DNA of 64,000 bases from the human T2T-CHM13v2.0 reference genome, Homo sapiens, in the NCBI RefSeq assembly GCF_009914755.1, contig NC_060926.1. One strand, given 5' to 3'. Under the pieces are notes generated by a model that saw nothing but the letters and a program-made list of their open reading frames with translations, did not search any database and had not been told where the DNA came from. Positions 28,591-41,800 of this stretch are shown here, in pieces (positions within the stretch are counted from its first letter, which is position 1; every line of letters starts with the position of its first letter). Both the position numbers and the translations under genes were made by a program.

Positions 28591-29793
28591 AATCATTTTC
28601 AAAAACAGGTATAATGCCTAAGGACTCAGGGAAGCAATACGCCTGTGGCTGTATGGTAAGCAGCAGGCAAGGCTATTTGTGAGACCAAAGTGGTAGTGAC
28701 TCCAGGGTTCCTTTGCACACTTAGCCAGGAGACTGGCTAGCTCAGCACTGCCTGGGTTCACTTTACCCTTCTACAGCTCTAAAGCTCTGGCAGGTGGGAC
28801 CTAAGCATCAGAGAAAGTGCTATTATGCAGGACTCTCTTGACCGCAAGTGACTGACACCTAACTTGATCCAGCAGAACATTGAACTATTTGGCTCTACTT
28901 ACTTAAAATGTCCATGAGTAGATGGGCTTCTGGCTCAACGGGATCAGGGGTCAACTAATATCAACCAAGGCTCATTCTGTCCCTTCATTTCCTGTGTCAG
29001 CTCTGCTTTTCTAGTGGCTGTTTTGAGACAGCAGCAAAAATGGCCCCATAAAGTTCACATCACTTACTTCCTTGCAAATAGCTATGCCAATAAAAAGAAA
29101 GCACCTCATTCCCAGCAGTTTCATCAAAAGTTCAGGGATGACTTCCATGAGCCCAGCTTGGATCACATGCCCACTCCTGAATGAATTACCCTGCTGATTG
29201 CCCAGGGTGGGTCAGCCTTCCCAAATGACATGGACTAGACATGGAGAAGTGGTCCTCCCGTGGGAAAAAAAAAAAAAAAAAAAAGGAAGGCTAGTGGCAG
29301 AGGAATATGAGTGGGAGGGCCTCATCTCTATATAAAAGTATGAGTGTATTTGTGTTCTTTTGTACATTCATTTGTAGTCACTGGGAAGAAAATGAGAAAA
29401 ACCCACACGACTTTCTACATGCCTCTGTGCTTTGTTTTGAACACTGAGCTGTGAGAAATTTAGTTATTAAAACAAAACTTTGAAACAATATAACAATTTG
29501 GGACAATGGGGACACTTAGCTGATGCAGCACAGGTGAGCAGTTCTTCTTTCGTGCCCATGAGGACACAATTCCCAGGAGGCTACCTGGGGTCTCCTAGGA
29601 CAAGCATGTGGGCACCCACTGGCTGCAGTTCCACCTTTCCTTCCCTGGACTCTCAGGAAGACACGAGTTCTGGATTCAGCTGAACTGAGCTCAAGTTCAG
29701 GCTCTGTGACTCACTGGCTCTGTAATTCTGGGTAAGTCTCTTGCTCTCCTTGAGTCTCATATAATCCTTGGTAAAATGGAGAGGTAGAGTTAT

Positions 29794-30184
29794 TGTTAGG
29801 TTTTGAAGGCAAGGCTAGGGTTAAAGAAAGACAGAGAGACATGGTTGGTGGCTTCAACAGCAACACCTTTATTACTAGCAAAACCCTGCAGAGGAGGAAA
29901 TCAGCTTAGTGCCATCACCAACTGCCGCTCACAGGCTGGGGCGATCATGGGACTGGGAAGGAGGGGTCTGGGCGGTAGAGCTTGCTGCCCGGCAGGATAT
30001 GGCAAGGATGTTCCTGCAGTCAGGCTGTTGGGCCTTCGCCCGGGAGGATGCGATAAGGATGTTTCCGCAGTCAGGTGGTCAGGAAGGATGCTTCTCATGG
30101 CCCGAGTTCCCAAGGAATGTTTCATTCTGACCAGGGTTTGCAAAATGGCTGCAGGATTACAAAATGGTACAGGTTAGACTAACA
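29794..30184 (-). mobile_element. Short solo LTR, family uncertain
   Basis: Terminal inverted TGTTAG...CTAACA; TAATAAAG on the minus strand near one end; two to three internal ~50-bp repeats (caggat..g..aaggatgtt.c.gcagtcagg). No clean TSD. Confidence 0.5.
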
Positions 30185-31646
30185 GCAACATCTCCCAGGT
30201 AGACAGTTCTATAAAGTAAACTTCCCTTGAGCATCTACACTGTACCAGACATGGTGCTAGGACCCAGGCCACAGGAGGAACAGAACAGATGAGGTCCCTG
30301 TCATCCTAGTGCTCATGTTTGATGAAGGAAGCTAACAGGTCATAAGACCAGCTCAGATGGTGGTGGTAATGAAAGACATTACCAGAGTGAGATGAGCTAG
30401 AAAGAAACCAAAGGAGCTGTTCCAAACACAGTGACAGGGAGAGACCCCTCCAAGAGGTGACTTTTGAGCAGAAACCTGAGATATGTGGAGGGGGCCATGG
30501 AGAAGGACCAGCCCCTGAAGCCATCTCAGGATTAAAGACCCAGCAGCAGGAGGGCAATAGAATGGCCTGACCTCTGCGTCCTTCATGCTTCCTTCCTCAG
30601 TGGTGCCCAAACAAACAGAAACATGGGACAATTCTGTGCAGGTCCATGGAGGGAGCAGGAAGCAGCTGCAATGAAAAGCCAGGGTAGGGATAAAATCAGG
30701 CCCAACAGTAAAGCTAGAAGCAGGTGCTGTTTACTAATGACCGCAACACAGGTCATGAAGCATAACCAGTCCCTGAAGGCATGTCCAGGGCCAGACCAGC
30801 TGGTTGGGCTGCCAACATCTTAGTAGAGATCCCAGGAGATCAGATGAGCTGGTTAGGGGGAGAAGAAAACAGGAAACCTTCAAAAAATTCCAGAGGATCC
30901 ATGACACTTAGAATGAACTTCCCCAGAGTGGGATGTGTTTGGCATTGCTGGTTCTAAAGAGTTCGTCCCACCATCCCCACCTGCCCGTTGTCCCACCAGG
31001 GGAAAACTCAGGGTGGGGTACACAGAAACAATCCCTGTGGAAGGGAAAAGGTTGTTTCCCATCCTAAACCAAGGGAGGACACCCACAAAACACCACTCAT
31101 AAGGAGCAGAGGGACCTGCAGGGAGAGACAGGATTCTGCTGCTCATTTGGGTATCTGCTTCCCAGTGGGGAAGGGGACCGTACAGGATAGAGGGGCTAAG
31201 TGGACCCTGGGCTGTGGGGCTAGGGGAGCTGCTGCTGACTCACTGTTGGAGGTGAGCCACAATAGGAGGCTTAGAACCCCACTCTGCAGCCTCTCCAATC
31301 TAATAAGGAGATGGTAGTGTGGTCGGTGGGGGCATCCACACGCAGTCAAAGGGCACAGGGAGTGATGTGTCCCCTGGCCTCCTCTTTCAGCTGTAGATTC
31401 TCCCTCTGAGTTATTGGAACAGCTTCTCTATGGCCCCATCAGCCTGGAGTGTGGTGACAGCTCCCAGATGACGCTAACACCAGGGACCTGCGCCATCCCT
31501 CATGGTTCCCCTTGGCCCAGCCCACACCTTTGTAAACAGCTTTTTCTTAATGATCTTTCAGCCACTTCGAGGTCCCTGCCAGCACCTGACTGCCACATTC
31601 CCCAAAGGGACCAGACTCCTCGGCACAGTAGCTGAGGTTTCTATAG

Positions 31647-32096
<450 letters not shown>

Positions 32097-32179
32097 TACA
32101 AATTATGTTCTTAAAAGAAGCTGTTCAGTGCCATGCCTGACACAAGGTGGAACTCCACGATGAGATATGTGTGAAGCCA

Positions 32180-33180
32180 GGGTGCCATGGTTACAAACAA
32201 GGACTCCAGGTGCAGACTGCTTGGTTCAAACCTGGACCAGCAGTATGAATTTTTGCAACTCTCTGTATTGCTCTTTGCCTCGGTTTTTTCATCTAACAAC
32301 TAGAAGTAAAAACAAGGTTATTGTGAAAATTAAATGAATTAAAGTAAGCGGAATGCCTACAACAACACCCCCAGGCACACGGTCAGCACTGAGCATGTTT
32401 TTCATTACTACTCTTAATGAGGTAAGAATGAGAACACAGGCACCAGCCATGAGCCTGGGGTTTCTCTGGCAAAGGCCTCAGAGACCCTACTTTTAACATC
32501 CTCCATTCATTCATTTGACCCTGATAAGGGAGGAGTCTCATAGGAGAGGAGCAAGCCTCCACCTTGGGGCCAGACATCCCATGGTCAAAGTTGAACTCTA
32601 CCACTGTTCAGCTGGGTGACTTTGGGCAAGTGACTTTCCCTCTCTGATTCTCATGTTCCTTTTTGATAAAAACAGCACAATGTCAGGCCTATGGGGATTG
32701 AAGGAGCCGAAAGAAAAATGTGTGTCTTAGTCTGAATTTCCTAGAAGTAGATCCTAAGGCAAAGATTCAAATATAAAAATTTTATTTGGAGATAACTCTA
32801 GGATATTAATTTGACTGCCAGTTCTTCCTTAGGGTGCTAATCCCAGGAAACACCAGTAGAGGAGTGGGGAACAGAGATAGGAAAGGAATGCAGCAGTTAA
32901 AGGGACTTTCATCAAGAAAGTTTCCACTGTGGCAGCCAGGACTCAGCCCTGCCAGGTACCTCTGAGAGACAGCATAGAACATGTGCCTCAGAGTCATCAT
33001 ACCCAGAACAAGGGAACTGGGTTATTTATCCACCAATACCCACCAGGCACTCCTTGGGGATCCTTCCAAGGTCATGATTGCTCCAGAATGTCCTGCCTGC
33101 ACTGCAAGGGTCAGACCTGGGGTTGACGGCAAGGCCCCTGACAGCACCTCCAGCAATGAGCAAAAACACAGCCTGGTGTG
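32180..33180. mobile_element. Cluster of old repeats (MIR fragments and an MLT1-like LTR)
   Basis: MIR-like ttggttcaaacctg...ggttattgtgaaaattaaatga and gctgggtgactttgggcaagtgact; MLT1-like start tgtgtcttagtctgaatttcctagaag at ~32720. Confidence 0.5.
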
Positions 33181-33799
33181 CACAGTTTCAGTCATGCAGT
33201 GACTCCAACACACAAACACACACACATTCCCACACCGCACTCCAACACCAACAAAGTATATATGTACATACACATAAATGCATACATGACTGTTACCCAC
33301 ATAGATCTTAGTGACTCCATGGGATAGACGATAAGCTGGGAATCAGAGGAAAGAGCAAAATTAAGGGGAGTGAAAGTCTTAAGAACAAAATGCAAATTTA
33401 GGCTGAAAATGAAGGCGGAAGAGGAGTGGTCTGGACACCAAATGCCTGCTGCGTGGCACCTGCTCTACACACACTGTCACTAATTCTCCAAGCAGCCTCG
33501 TGGTGTAAAAGAAATTCCTCTCAATTTACAAATGACAGAAACATAGCTCAGAAAAGAAAACTGATTTTACTAATGTCTCAGCAAGTTAGTGGGTGATATG
33601 GACTCCCAGATCTTTCTGTCCACAAAGCCTACAAATTCTCCCTTGTTAGGCAGGCTGGGTACCAGGCCCTGCTTCTGGGCTCTGCTCCTTTTCCTGCTAG
33701 GCAATCATGGCAGAATTGACAGAGACGTCATCCCCCTTCACCAGCTGGAGCAGAGCCTATGAGAGGGGCTGGGGAACAGCCACGAGGCCTGGCACCCAC

Positions 33800-34771
33800 C
33801 ATTCAATGTCTTCAGAATTGCGGTCCCTCAGAACTCTTGCACCACGTGGTGGCAGCACTCCCAGTGTCTAGGTGTCTTCTGAGGTTGTACAGGATCCAGT
33901 AGAGGCCACTGGCTGTGCTGTCATATCCTGAGTGGCAGGCTTGGGTCTCTCGGCTGCTTCAGCACCAGAGGTTGGACAGCGCCCTTGCACTGAGGCCCTC
34001 AGAATGGGAGGGAAAGGAAGGGCAGAATGGAGTGATGTAGGGTCCATCCACCATGTCCCTGGATGGAGAGACCCCTATTCCCACAGTAGTCCACACCAGG
34101 ACAACGATTGGCACTCACGAAGATGCCAGCCTTCATTTATATGTTCTTGTCTGACAACTCCTTCTCATTTTCATCCTGGAGGCAAGACCCCTGAACACAC
34201 TAGCTCTGAGGACACCTGAGTGTAACCTGAGACATTCCCTGAAGACCTTTCATCAAAGCAGGATCCCTCCCTTGTCATCTCCAGACCTGCCCCACAAGCT
34301 CCCTCCCTGGTCTCCTGGCTCTTGTTCACTCCTTCCAGGCAGCCTTCCACAGTCATCTCTAAAACATATACGACTGTCCCTCCTTTATCCAACAACTTCT
34401 ATGGCTCCCCAGAGCTCTCCAGATCAAGTTCAAGTTATTTGATCAGACACTTGATCTCAAGCTGCATTCTACCTCCTGAACTAAAATCCCGGAGAAGCCC
34501 ACCTTGCTCAGCAAAAATGCATCACTGAAGTCCAAAATCTTGAATGTGGCCTTAGCCTTGAGGAAGTCATCAACACCCCGGCAAGTGAGGGTGAGGTGCT
34601 GCTCCAGGATGATGGTGTCTAAAGTTGTGCACCAGGTCATAGGCCCTGCAGAAGCATCTCCCCTCAGGAGTGAGGTAGTACAGGAAGTCCGTGCACAGGC
34701 AGATCTGCTGGTGCCATTACACTAAGAGGGCACTGAGCTCCAAGATGGTGGCAATATATTCACTGGGATTC
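33800..34771 (-). pseudogene. Unprocessed CYP4F-family pseudogene fragment (three exons equivalent to exons 7-9)
   Basis: AG/GT-bounded exons 34771-34503 (NPSEYIATILELSALLV*WHQQICLCTDFLYYLTPEGRCFCRAYDLVHNF...GVDDFLKAKATFKILDFSDAFLLSK), 34175-34119 (DENEKELSDKNI*MKAGIF) and 33927-33800 (GYDSTASGLYWILYNL...EDIEW). Stops and frameshifts present; no heme-binding exons seen. Confidence 0.92.
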
Positions 34772-35142
34772 CTGCAGGGTGAGCCTGGAGAGAGGAAGCA
34801 GCTCCATAATACATATGAAACCCCGGAAGCGCTTCCCAGCCAGAAACTCAGGACCACACTACATCCAGATACGGGTGCCCTCTGAGCACACTTGTCTCTC
34901 TGTCTCCCACTCTGAGCTGCCTCCTGGCCCCATATGCCCCAGCCTGGCCCAGGGCTTGGAGCCCAGCGGGTGTTCAGTCCATGGTGTTGGCTGCTCCCTG
35001 GGCCAGGAGACCCCTTGGTGGCTCTGTGACTCCTCCTGTGGAACCCCTCCCTCTGCCTTGAGACCTCCCAATTCCCATGGAAGCCCCCACAGCTCTGGAT
35101 TGCCCCACCTGCCCTGGGATCCTCCAGCCCCAGAGGCCTTAC

Positions 35143-37055
35143 TTGATGCCTTAGCCCTCCCAGAACATGACATGTTTCTCAGAATGTGGCTGATGTCCAG
35201 GGCCATCTGTAGATGTTTGCTGGGGACCTCTTGCTGTTTTCCTTTATGGTCTGTAGGGCAGGGCCAAGAGGAGAAACCAGCCCAATCTCAGAATGGACAA
35301 AAGGCTCACTGCCCCAACAGCAACCACCAAACAGTCAGCAGTGCTTCTGGATGAAAAACAGGTTTCATTCTGCAGAAAGCTCCTTGTTTGGCTTATTTTT
35401 GAAGCCAGGGAGGGGTACCAAGCTCAGCTTACCCGCGGTGCCTACATTAGCATCTGTGCCTAGGATGCGTGATGGGCTCCCACTGCAGGGTTGACATTCC
35501 CTCCAGCTGGAGACCTGGGCTCCTGATACCACCTGGCCTGTTTGTCCTGCTCTGGATGAGGGTGGAAAGGCTGTACCTGGTATTTCCCTAGGTCCTTGGT
35601 TTTCACCTTCCAGACATCCAGCAGGAGTGACCATGCCCAGCCCCACACCTGAAATGGGACTCCCTTGTACAGCAGCTGAAACATCTACAGATGGAAGAAT
35701 GCTCTGGTGAGACAGGCCACAGGGGTCCCTGGGGAGGATCGGGGGCCGGAGGATTCTGGAGGTTTCCAGCCTTGGGCACTGTGGTTCCTCAAAGAGGTTA
35801 GGTTTACCTAGGACTAGGCCTCCCCTCCCATGATTCAAAGAGTGGATGAGTGCCCAGCATCAGGAACTCTGTTCTGGACCTATTTTTTCATTTAGGTCAC
35901 CAAGAGACAACCCGTACCTCCCAAGCTAGGGACGGTCCAAGCTCTGGCATGAAATTCTCTTCCAGCAATGTGATGCTTGCAGGGACAGGGAGAAAAGCCG
36001 GTGGCCAGGCCTGCTGTCCCCCAGGTAAGGACAGTGTGCTACCCACCCTCTGAGAGGCAGGTGGTGCCAGGTCACTGCACTGGGTGCCTGTACCCCTGGC
36101 TCTGCAGACACCGGTCATGGAGGTCCTCCCCTCTCCACATTACCTTCTTGCTGCTCCTCGATTTCTTCTAGTCATTAAGCACTTTGAGCCATTTTTCTGT
36201 GCAGCTGATATGATATTTTTGTTATCAGATGAAACATGACAAAATAAGTCGAGCCACCAGGATTTCTGGAGGGAACCTTGGATGCTGCATCTTGGGCTCT
36301 AGGGCCCTGAATGGGACTGAACCAGAAGCAGCCAGGGAAGGAAAAACACTGGGGCTCAGGCCCTATGACCCAATGGCCATTGGTGGCCTGTCCTCATGGC
36401 CCCAAGACACCCTGTCCTCAGGCCACAGACACCATGGGCATTGGTCAGGTCCCAGCTTCCCAGTAGTGCCCTGGCACTAGCGGGTGCTGACCCCCAAACC
36501 ACAATCACAGTTGTGGGTTATGGGTTTGGTAAAACCACCTCAGGGAGACTTCTGGGGTTGGGTTTGGCAGGTGCCTCCCAGGGATGGTGTGTCACTCCTA
36601 CTTGCCACGAAATGTGCACACAGGCTTTCCCACTTCCCAGCCCATCCTGCTGGACAGGATGGAGGAAGTCAGGGAACAGGCAGGGTGGACATCTGGGGTG
36701 CAGGGAGAGGCAGGTGCATGCTGGGAGGACAGACCCTGTGAGGGCTGTGGGGGCATCAGGTGGAGTGGGCTCCAGGTGCACCCTCAATGCACTGGGAAGG
36801 TCTCAGGCCAGGTTCCCTGGACCCCGGCTGGGTGATGTGGTCACTCCCTGGGGACTGCTGTCAGGCCCCAGCCACCCACCCTGGGCAACACCTTCCTATC
36901 TCAGGACTGGACTTTCTGAGTCCTGAGACAGGACAGTGCTGTCCAGGCCTGACAGATTGGGAGGACCTGTTAAGTCCTCCATCCCTAGACCAGCCTCGCA
37001 CACAGCAGGGACAGTCTCTTACATTTACCTTCAGAGCACTGACTGATCCATCTCA
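35143..37055 (-). pseudogene. Unprocessed TBC1D26/TBC1D3-family (Rab-GAP TBC domain) pseudogene exons
   Basis: Exons 37055-37029 (EMDQSVL-, cf. EMELPHVSALEVK), 36221-36144 (ISCTEKWLKVLND*KKSRSSKK, acceptor decayed), 35684-35577 (108 bp, MFQLLYKGVPFQVWGWAWSLLLDVWKVKTKDLGKYQ) and 35250-35143 (TIKENSKRS/..LDISHILR/HVMFWEG*GIK). Order and motifs match TBC1D26/TBC1D3 as recalled; GT donors are intact. Confidence 0.82.
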
Positions 37056-37618
37056 CTCTAAGGCAATCAAGGCAGAGCTGAGGACCTGTGCCAGGCTGGG
37101 AACCAGTCCCCTCCCTAAATGGGCCTAAGGAAAGCACCATCCCTGTCCCAGTGCGCCGCAAGTTTCAGCCCAGGAGACACATAGGGAAGGGAGGACTGGG
37201 CCTCCCTGCTGGCTGACACTGGAAATGTGGGACCTGGGAAAAAATGGAGCACAGGGCTGGCAGGTGATGCTCCAGGACCATGGAGAGCTCAGGCTCCACC
37301 AAGGGGCTGCCCCTCCTGGGCTGGAGGCTGTGCCCTCTGCAGGATCTGAGGAAGTCCAGTCCTGAGATGGGACAGTGCTGCCCATGGTGGGTGGCCGGGG
37401 CCTGACAGCAGTCCCCCAAAGGAGTGACCACATCACTCGGCCAGGGTCCAGGGAGCCTGGGCTGAGACCTGCCCAGTGCACTGAAGGTGCACCTGGAGCC
37501 CACCCCACCTGACGCCCCCACAGCCCTCACAGGGTCTGATCTCCCAATATGCACCTGCCTATCCCTGCACCCCAGCTGCCCACCCTGCCTGTTCCCTGGC
37601 TTCCTCCATCCTGTGCAG
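36650..37618. repeat. Inverted repeat, ~275-bp arms (36650-36925 / 37340-37618), ~415-bp spacer
   Basis: caggatggaggaagtcagggaacaggcagggtgg...tcaggactggacttt versus its reverse complement gaagtccagtcctga...caccctgcctgttccctggcttcctccatcctg. The ORF track shows near-identical peptides on opposite strands. Confidence 0.9.
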
Positions 37619-37829
37619 CCCATAGACTGTGACCATCTCTCCGACCACTCTGGCCCTTCCTTTATGTTTGTCTTGTGAGAATCTCTGAGCAAGATCTCCC
37701 CGGTCCATCCAAACACCTGCTTTGTCCACTTTTGACTGGGCCATTGGACACCACTGGGCCATCCCAGCTGTCCACAGGGACCTTGATAACATGCATTTCC
37801 CCTGACATCTCCCATCAGGGCTCAGCAGT

Positions 37830-38862
37830 CCCCACTGACCAGGTCCCTGCTGACCAGATCCCGCACATCAGGTCCTCCCTGACCACATCCTCAGTGATTA
37901 GACCCCCATCACCAGGCCCCACTAACCAGGCCCCCGCTGCCACGCCCACAATGACTAGGACTCCATAAACCAGGACTTTACTGACAAGACCTCACTGACC
38001 TGGACCTTACTGACCAGGCCTCACTGACAAGGCCTCACTGACCAGGTCCTTACTGACCATGTCCTTACTGACAAGATCTCACTGACATGGCCTCACTGAC
38101 AGGGGCCTCACTGACATGGCCTCACTGACCATGTTCTTACTGACAAGGCCTCACTGACAAAGGCCTCACTGACAAGCGCTCACTGACCACGTTCTTACTG
38201 ACAAGGCCTCACTGGTCATGTTCCACCGATCATGACCCTATTGCCTGGCCCCACAGATGAAGCCCCACTGACCAGGCCTCCAGGGAATAGGCTGCCAGTG
38301 AACAGGCCCCTACTAACCAGGACTGAGGTGACCAGATGCCCCTGAACGGGACCCTAATGAGTAGGCCCCCCTGAACAGGCACGCACTGCTCAGATCCCCA
38401 CAGACCAGGTCACCCCGTAGACCAGTGCTACAAAAGCCACCACTGATCAAGTCCTCTCTGACCAGGCCCCCACTGATTAGGTTCCACTGACCAGGCTGCC
38501 CTGACCAGGGCCCCACTGACAAGGGCCTCTGCTGACTAGGTCCCATGTGACCAGGCCTCCACTGAGTAGCACCCCTTAACCTGGTCACCAGTCACCCAGC
38601 CCATGCTGACAAGGCCACCACTAAGCCCCAGCTGACCAGGTCACCACTGACCAAGTCCCACAGCCCAGGTTTGCACTGACCAGACACCAAACATTTGTCT
38701 GCCACTAGGTCCCCACTCACCAAGACCTGCACTACTAGATCCCCCTAATGAGACCCTCTCTATGCAGACCCCTGCTGACCATGCTCCCAACTAAATAGGC
38801 CTCACTGACCAAGTCCCAACTGACTAGGTCCACTGAGCAGGCCCACACTGATCAGGGCCCTC
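37830..38862. repeat. 14/15-bp minisatellite, consensus ~GG(T)CC(C/T)CACTGACCA
   Basis: Homogeneous core at 37975-38215 (ggcctcactgacaa ggcctcactgacca ggtccttactgacca...), more degenerate on the flanks. Confidence 0.9.
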
Positions 38863-38864
38863 CT

Positions 38865-41800
38865 AAACACACCAGAAGGCCAAGCGGCAATGAGATGTTT
38901 CACATGGCAGGAGTAGGAGCAAAACAGAGAGAAGAAAGAGGTGCCATATCCTGTTACACAACCAGATCTCATGAGAACTCACTATCAGGAGATCAGCGTC
39001 AAGAAGATTAACCACTGGTGAAGGATCCTCCACCCACACCACCGCCCACTGTTTCCAGGCAGAAGCCTCCTGCAGAGGCAGAGCCTCTTGAGAAACTTCC
39101 ACTATGGCAGTGCAGAAGGAAAATATGGGCTTGGAGGCCCCACACAGGAGGCCACCATCCTCCAGACCCCAGATTCATAAGCCCACCAACAGCTCAAACC
39201 CTCAGTATGGAAAAGCAACAGGCACTTAACACCAGTCCAGCCCATGAAAGCAGCCATGGGGGCTGAAGCCTGCAAAGCCACAGGTGCACTGTCCTAGTAG
39301 TTTTTCCATGAGCCTCTGCCTCTGCAGCAGGTTAGTCCCCCTTCCTACTACCCTCTACCCTCCCACCACCCTACTGACAGCCTACTCCTCCCCACCCTAC
39401 CCCTCCTTTTCCTTCCACCCCAACCCCCTCCCATCCAACATCAAATCGCCTCCCACCTGGCCCCACCTCCAACATTAAGGATTACAATTCCATGTGAGTT
39501 TTATAGGAACACACAGCCAACCCATATTATTCTGACCCCTGATACTCCAGAACCTCATGTCCTTCTCACAGAGCAAAACACAATCATGCCTTTTCAAAAG
39601 TTCCAAAAGTCTTAACTCATGCCAAATGTAAAAATTTCAAAGTCTCATCTGAGACAAGGCTATAGTCCCTTCTGTCAATAAGTCCCTGAATTTAAAAGGG
39701 ATTTCTTTTCTTTCAAGGTACAACAGGCATTGGGTAAAGTTTCTCAATCCAAAGGGAAGAAATTCCCCAGGAAAATAACACAAAGGCAAGTCCAAAACCC
39801 AGCAGGACGGTATTCACTCAATCTTTAAGCTCCATAGTCATCAAGAGAACTCACTATCACACAGACAGCATTAAGGAGATAGTGTGTAGCCATTTGTGAA
39901 GAATCTGCACCCCACCCTCATCTTTCACCCTCGTCCACAAAATAATCTCCCCCATTCTCCTACCACCAACACCGACTCTTCTCCATGATTAAATCACCTC
40001 CCGCCAGGCCCCACTTTTAACATTCCCCATCACTATTCCATGAGAGTATTGGTAGGGACACAGGGCCAAATCATGTTATTCTGACCAGGGTTCCCCCAGA
40101 TCTCATATTCTTGTCACACTGCAAAATACTGTGATGCCTTCGCTCCCCGAAGTCTTAACTCATTCCAGCATTTACTGAAATGTACAAAACCCAAAGTCTC
40201 ATCTGAGACAAGGCTGCCTTCCCTTCTGCCCCGAGCCTCTGAAATACAAAGCAAGTTAAGCGCTTCCAAGATACAATGGTTGTACAGGCATTGGGTAAGC
40301 ATTCCCAGCCAAAAGGAAAAATTTTGCCAGAAAGAAGCACAAAACACAGATGGGACTTACAGACCCCATGCAAGTCAAAAACCTGGCAGGCCAGTCATTG
40401 AATCCAACAGCTCCAAATCATTTTTTCTGGATCTACATCCCACATCTAAAGCACAGGGGTGGATGGCTGGGCTCCCAAGGCCTTGGGCAGCTCAGCATCT
40501 GTGGCCATGCAGGGTCTATCCCCCACAGCTGCCCTCATGGGCTGGGCTGGTGTTGAGCACCTGTGGCTTTTCCACACTGAGGGTGCAAGCAGCTGGTGGG
40601 TCTATGAATCTGGGGTCTGGAAAATGGTGCATCCCTGTGTGGGGGCTCCAACCCTATGTTCCTTGTGTACTTCCCTAGTAAAGTTTTCCCATGAGGCTCT
40701 GCCTCTTGGAAAAGCTCCTGCCTGAACACCCAGGTTTTTCTGTACATACTCTGGAGTCTAGATGGAGGCTCCCAAGCCTCTAGTTTTGTGCTCTGTGCAC
40801 CTGCTGGCTTAACACTATGTGAAAGCCACCAAGGCTTGAAGCTTGCACCCCTGAAGTACTGACCCAAGCTGTACCTGTGCATCTTTCAGCCATGGCAGGA
40901 GCTGGAGCTGGAGCTGGAGCTGCAGGGATGCAGGCAGCAGTGTCCTGAGGATTGACACAGCAGCACAACCATGGGACTAACCCAGGAAACCATTCTTCGG
41001 TCCTAGTCCCCATGGCCTATGACAGCAAGCTCTGCTGCAAAGGTCTCTGAAATGCCTTCAAGACCTTTTAAACATTGTCTTAGCTATTAGCACTGGGCTC
41101 CATTTTATGCAAATTTCTGAAGCCTTCTTGAATTTTCCCACTGAAAATCAGCTTTTCTTTTTGACCACTTGGCCAGGCTGCAAATTTTCCAAACTTTTAA
41201 GCCCTGCATCTCATTTAAATATAAGTTTCAACTTGAGGTCATTTATTCAGTCACACAGAAGACCACAGGCTGTACGATACAGACAAGACACCTCTTGAGC
41301 TTTGCTGCCTAGAAGTTCATTTCACCAGATATACCCTAAGTCATCACCCTCAAGTTCAAAGTTTCGGAGGTCTCCAAGGGAGGGGCACCATCCAGCCAAA
41401 TTCTTCGCTAAGGCAAAACAAAAGTAACCTTGGCTCCTGTTCCCAGTAAGTTGTTCATTTTCATCTGAGACCTTCTAAGCCTGGCCTTCACTGTCCAACC
41501 TTCAGTCACCATTTTAATTGTAACTATTTAATAAGTCTCTATAGTCACTCTTTTAATTGTAACTATTTAGCACGTCTCTACAATAGTCTAAACTTTCCCT
41601 CATCTTTCTGTCTTCTTCCAAGCCCTCCAAACTGTGCAGCGTCTGGTCGTTACCCACTTCTGAATCTGCATCTACATTTTCAGCTATCATTGTGGCAGCC
41701 TGGCAATGTGGAAAAAGAAAAGTTCATTTTCAGGGGAAAAATTCAAGAAGGCTTCAGATATTTGCATATAAAAGAAGGCAAATGCTAATAGTAAAAAAAT

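Noticed and set aside
34779-35354. Plus-strand DMFLRMWLM as a CYP4F exon 6 remnant
   Set aside because: Wrong strand relative to the other CYP4F exons; the minus strand there is explained by the TBC exon.
36396-37815. 176-aa and 216-aa ORFs with near-identical peptides on opposite strands
   Set aside because: They result from the inverted repeat in GC-rich intronic sequence; no recognisable protein.
37975-38215. Regular short repeats resembling a CRISPR array
   Set aside because: Head-to-tail 14/15-mers with no unique spacers, in primate DNA with no cas genes; this is a minisatellite.
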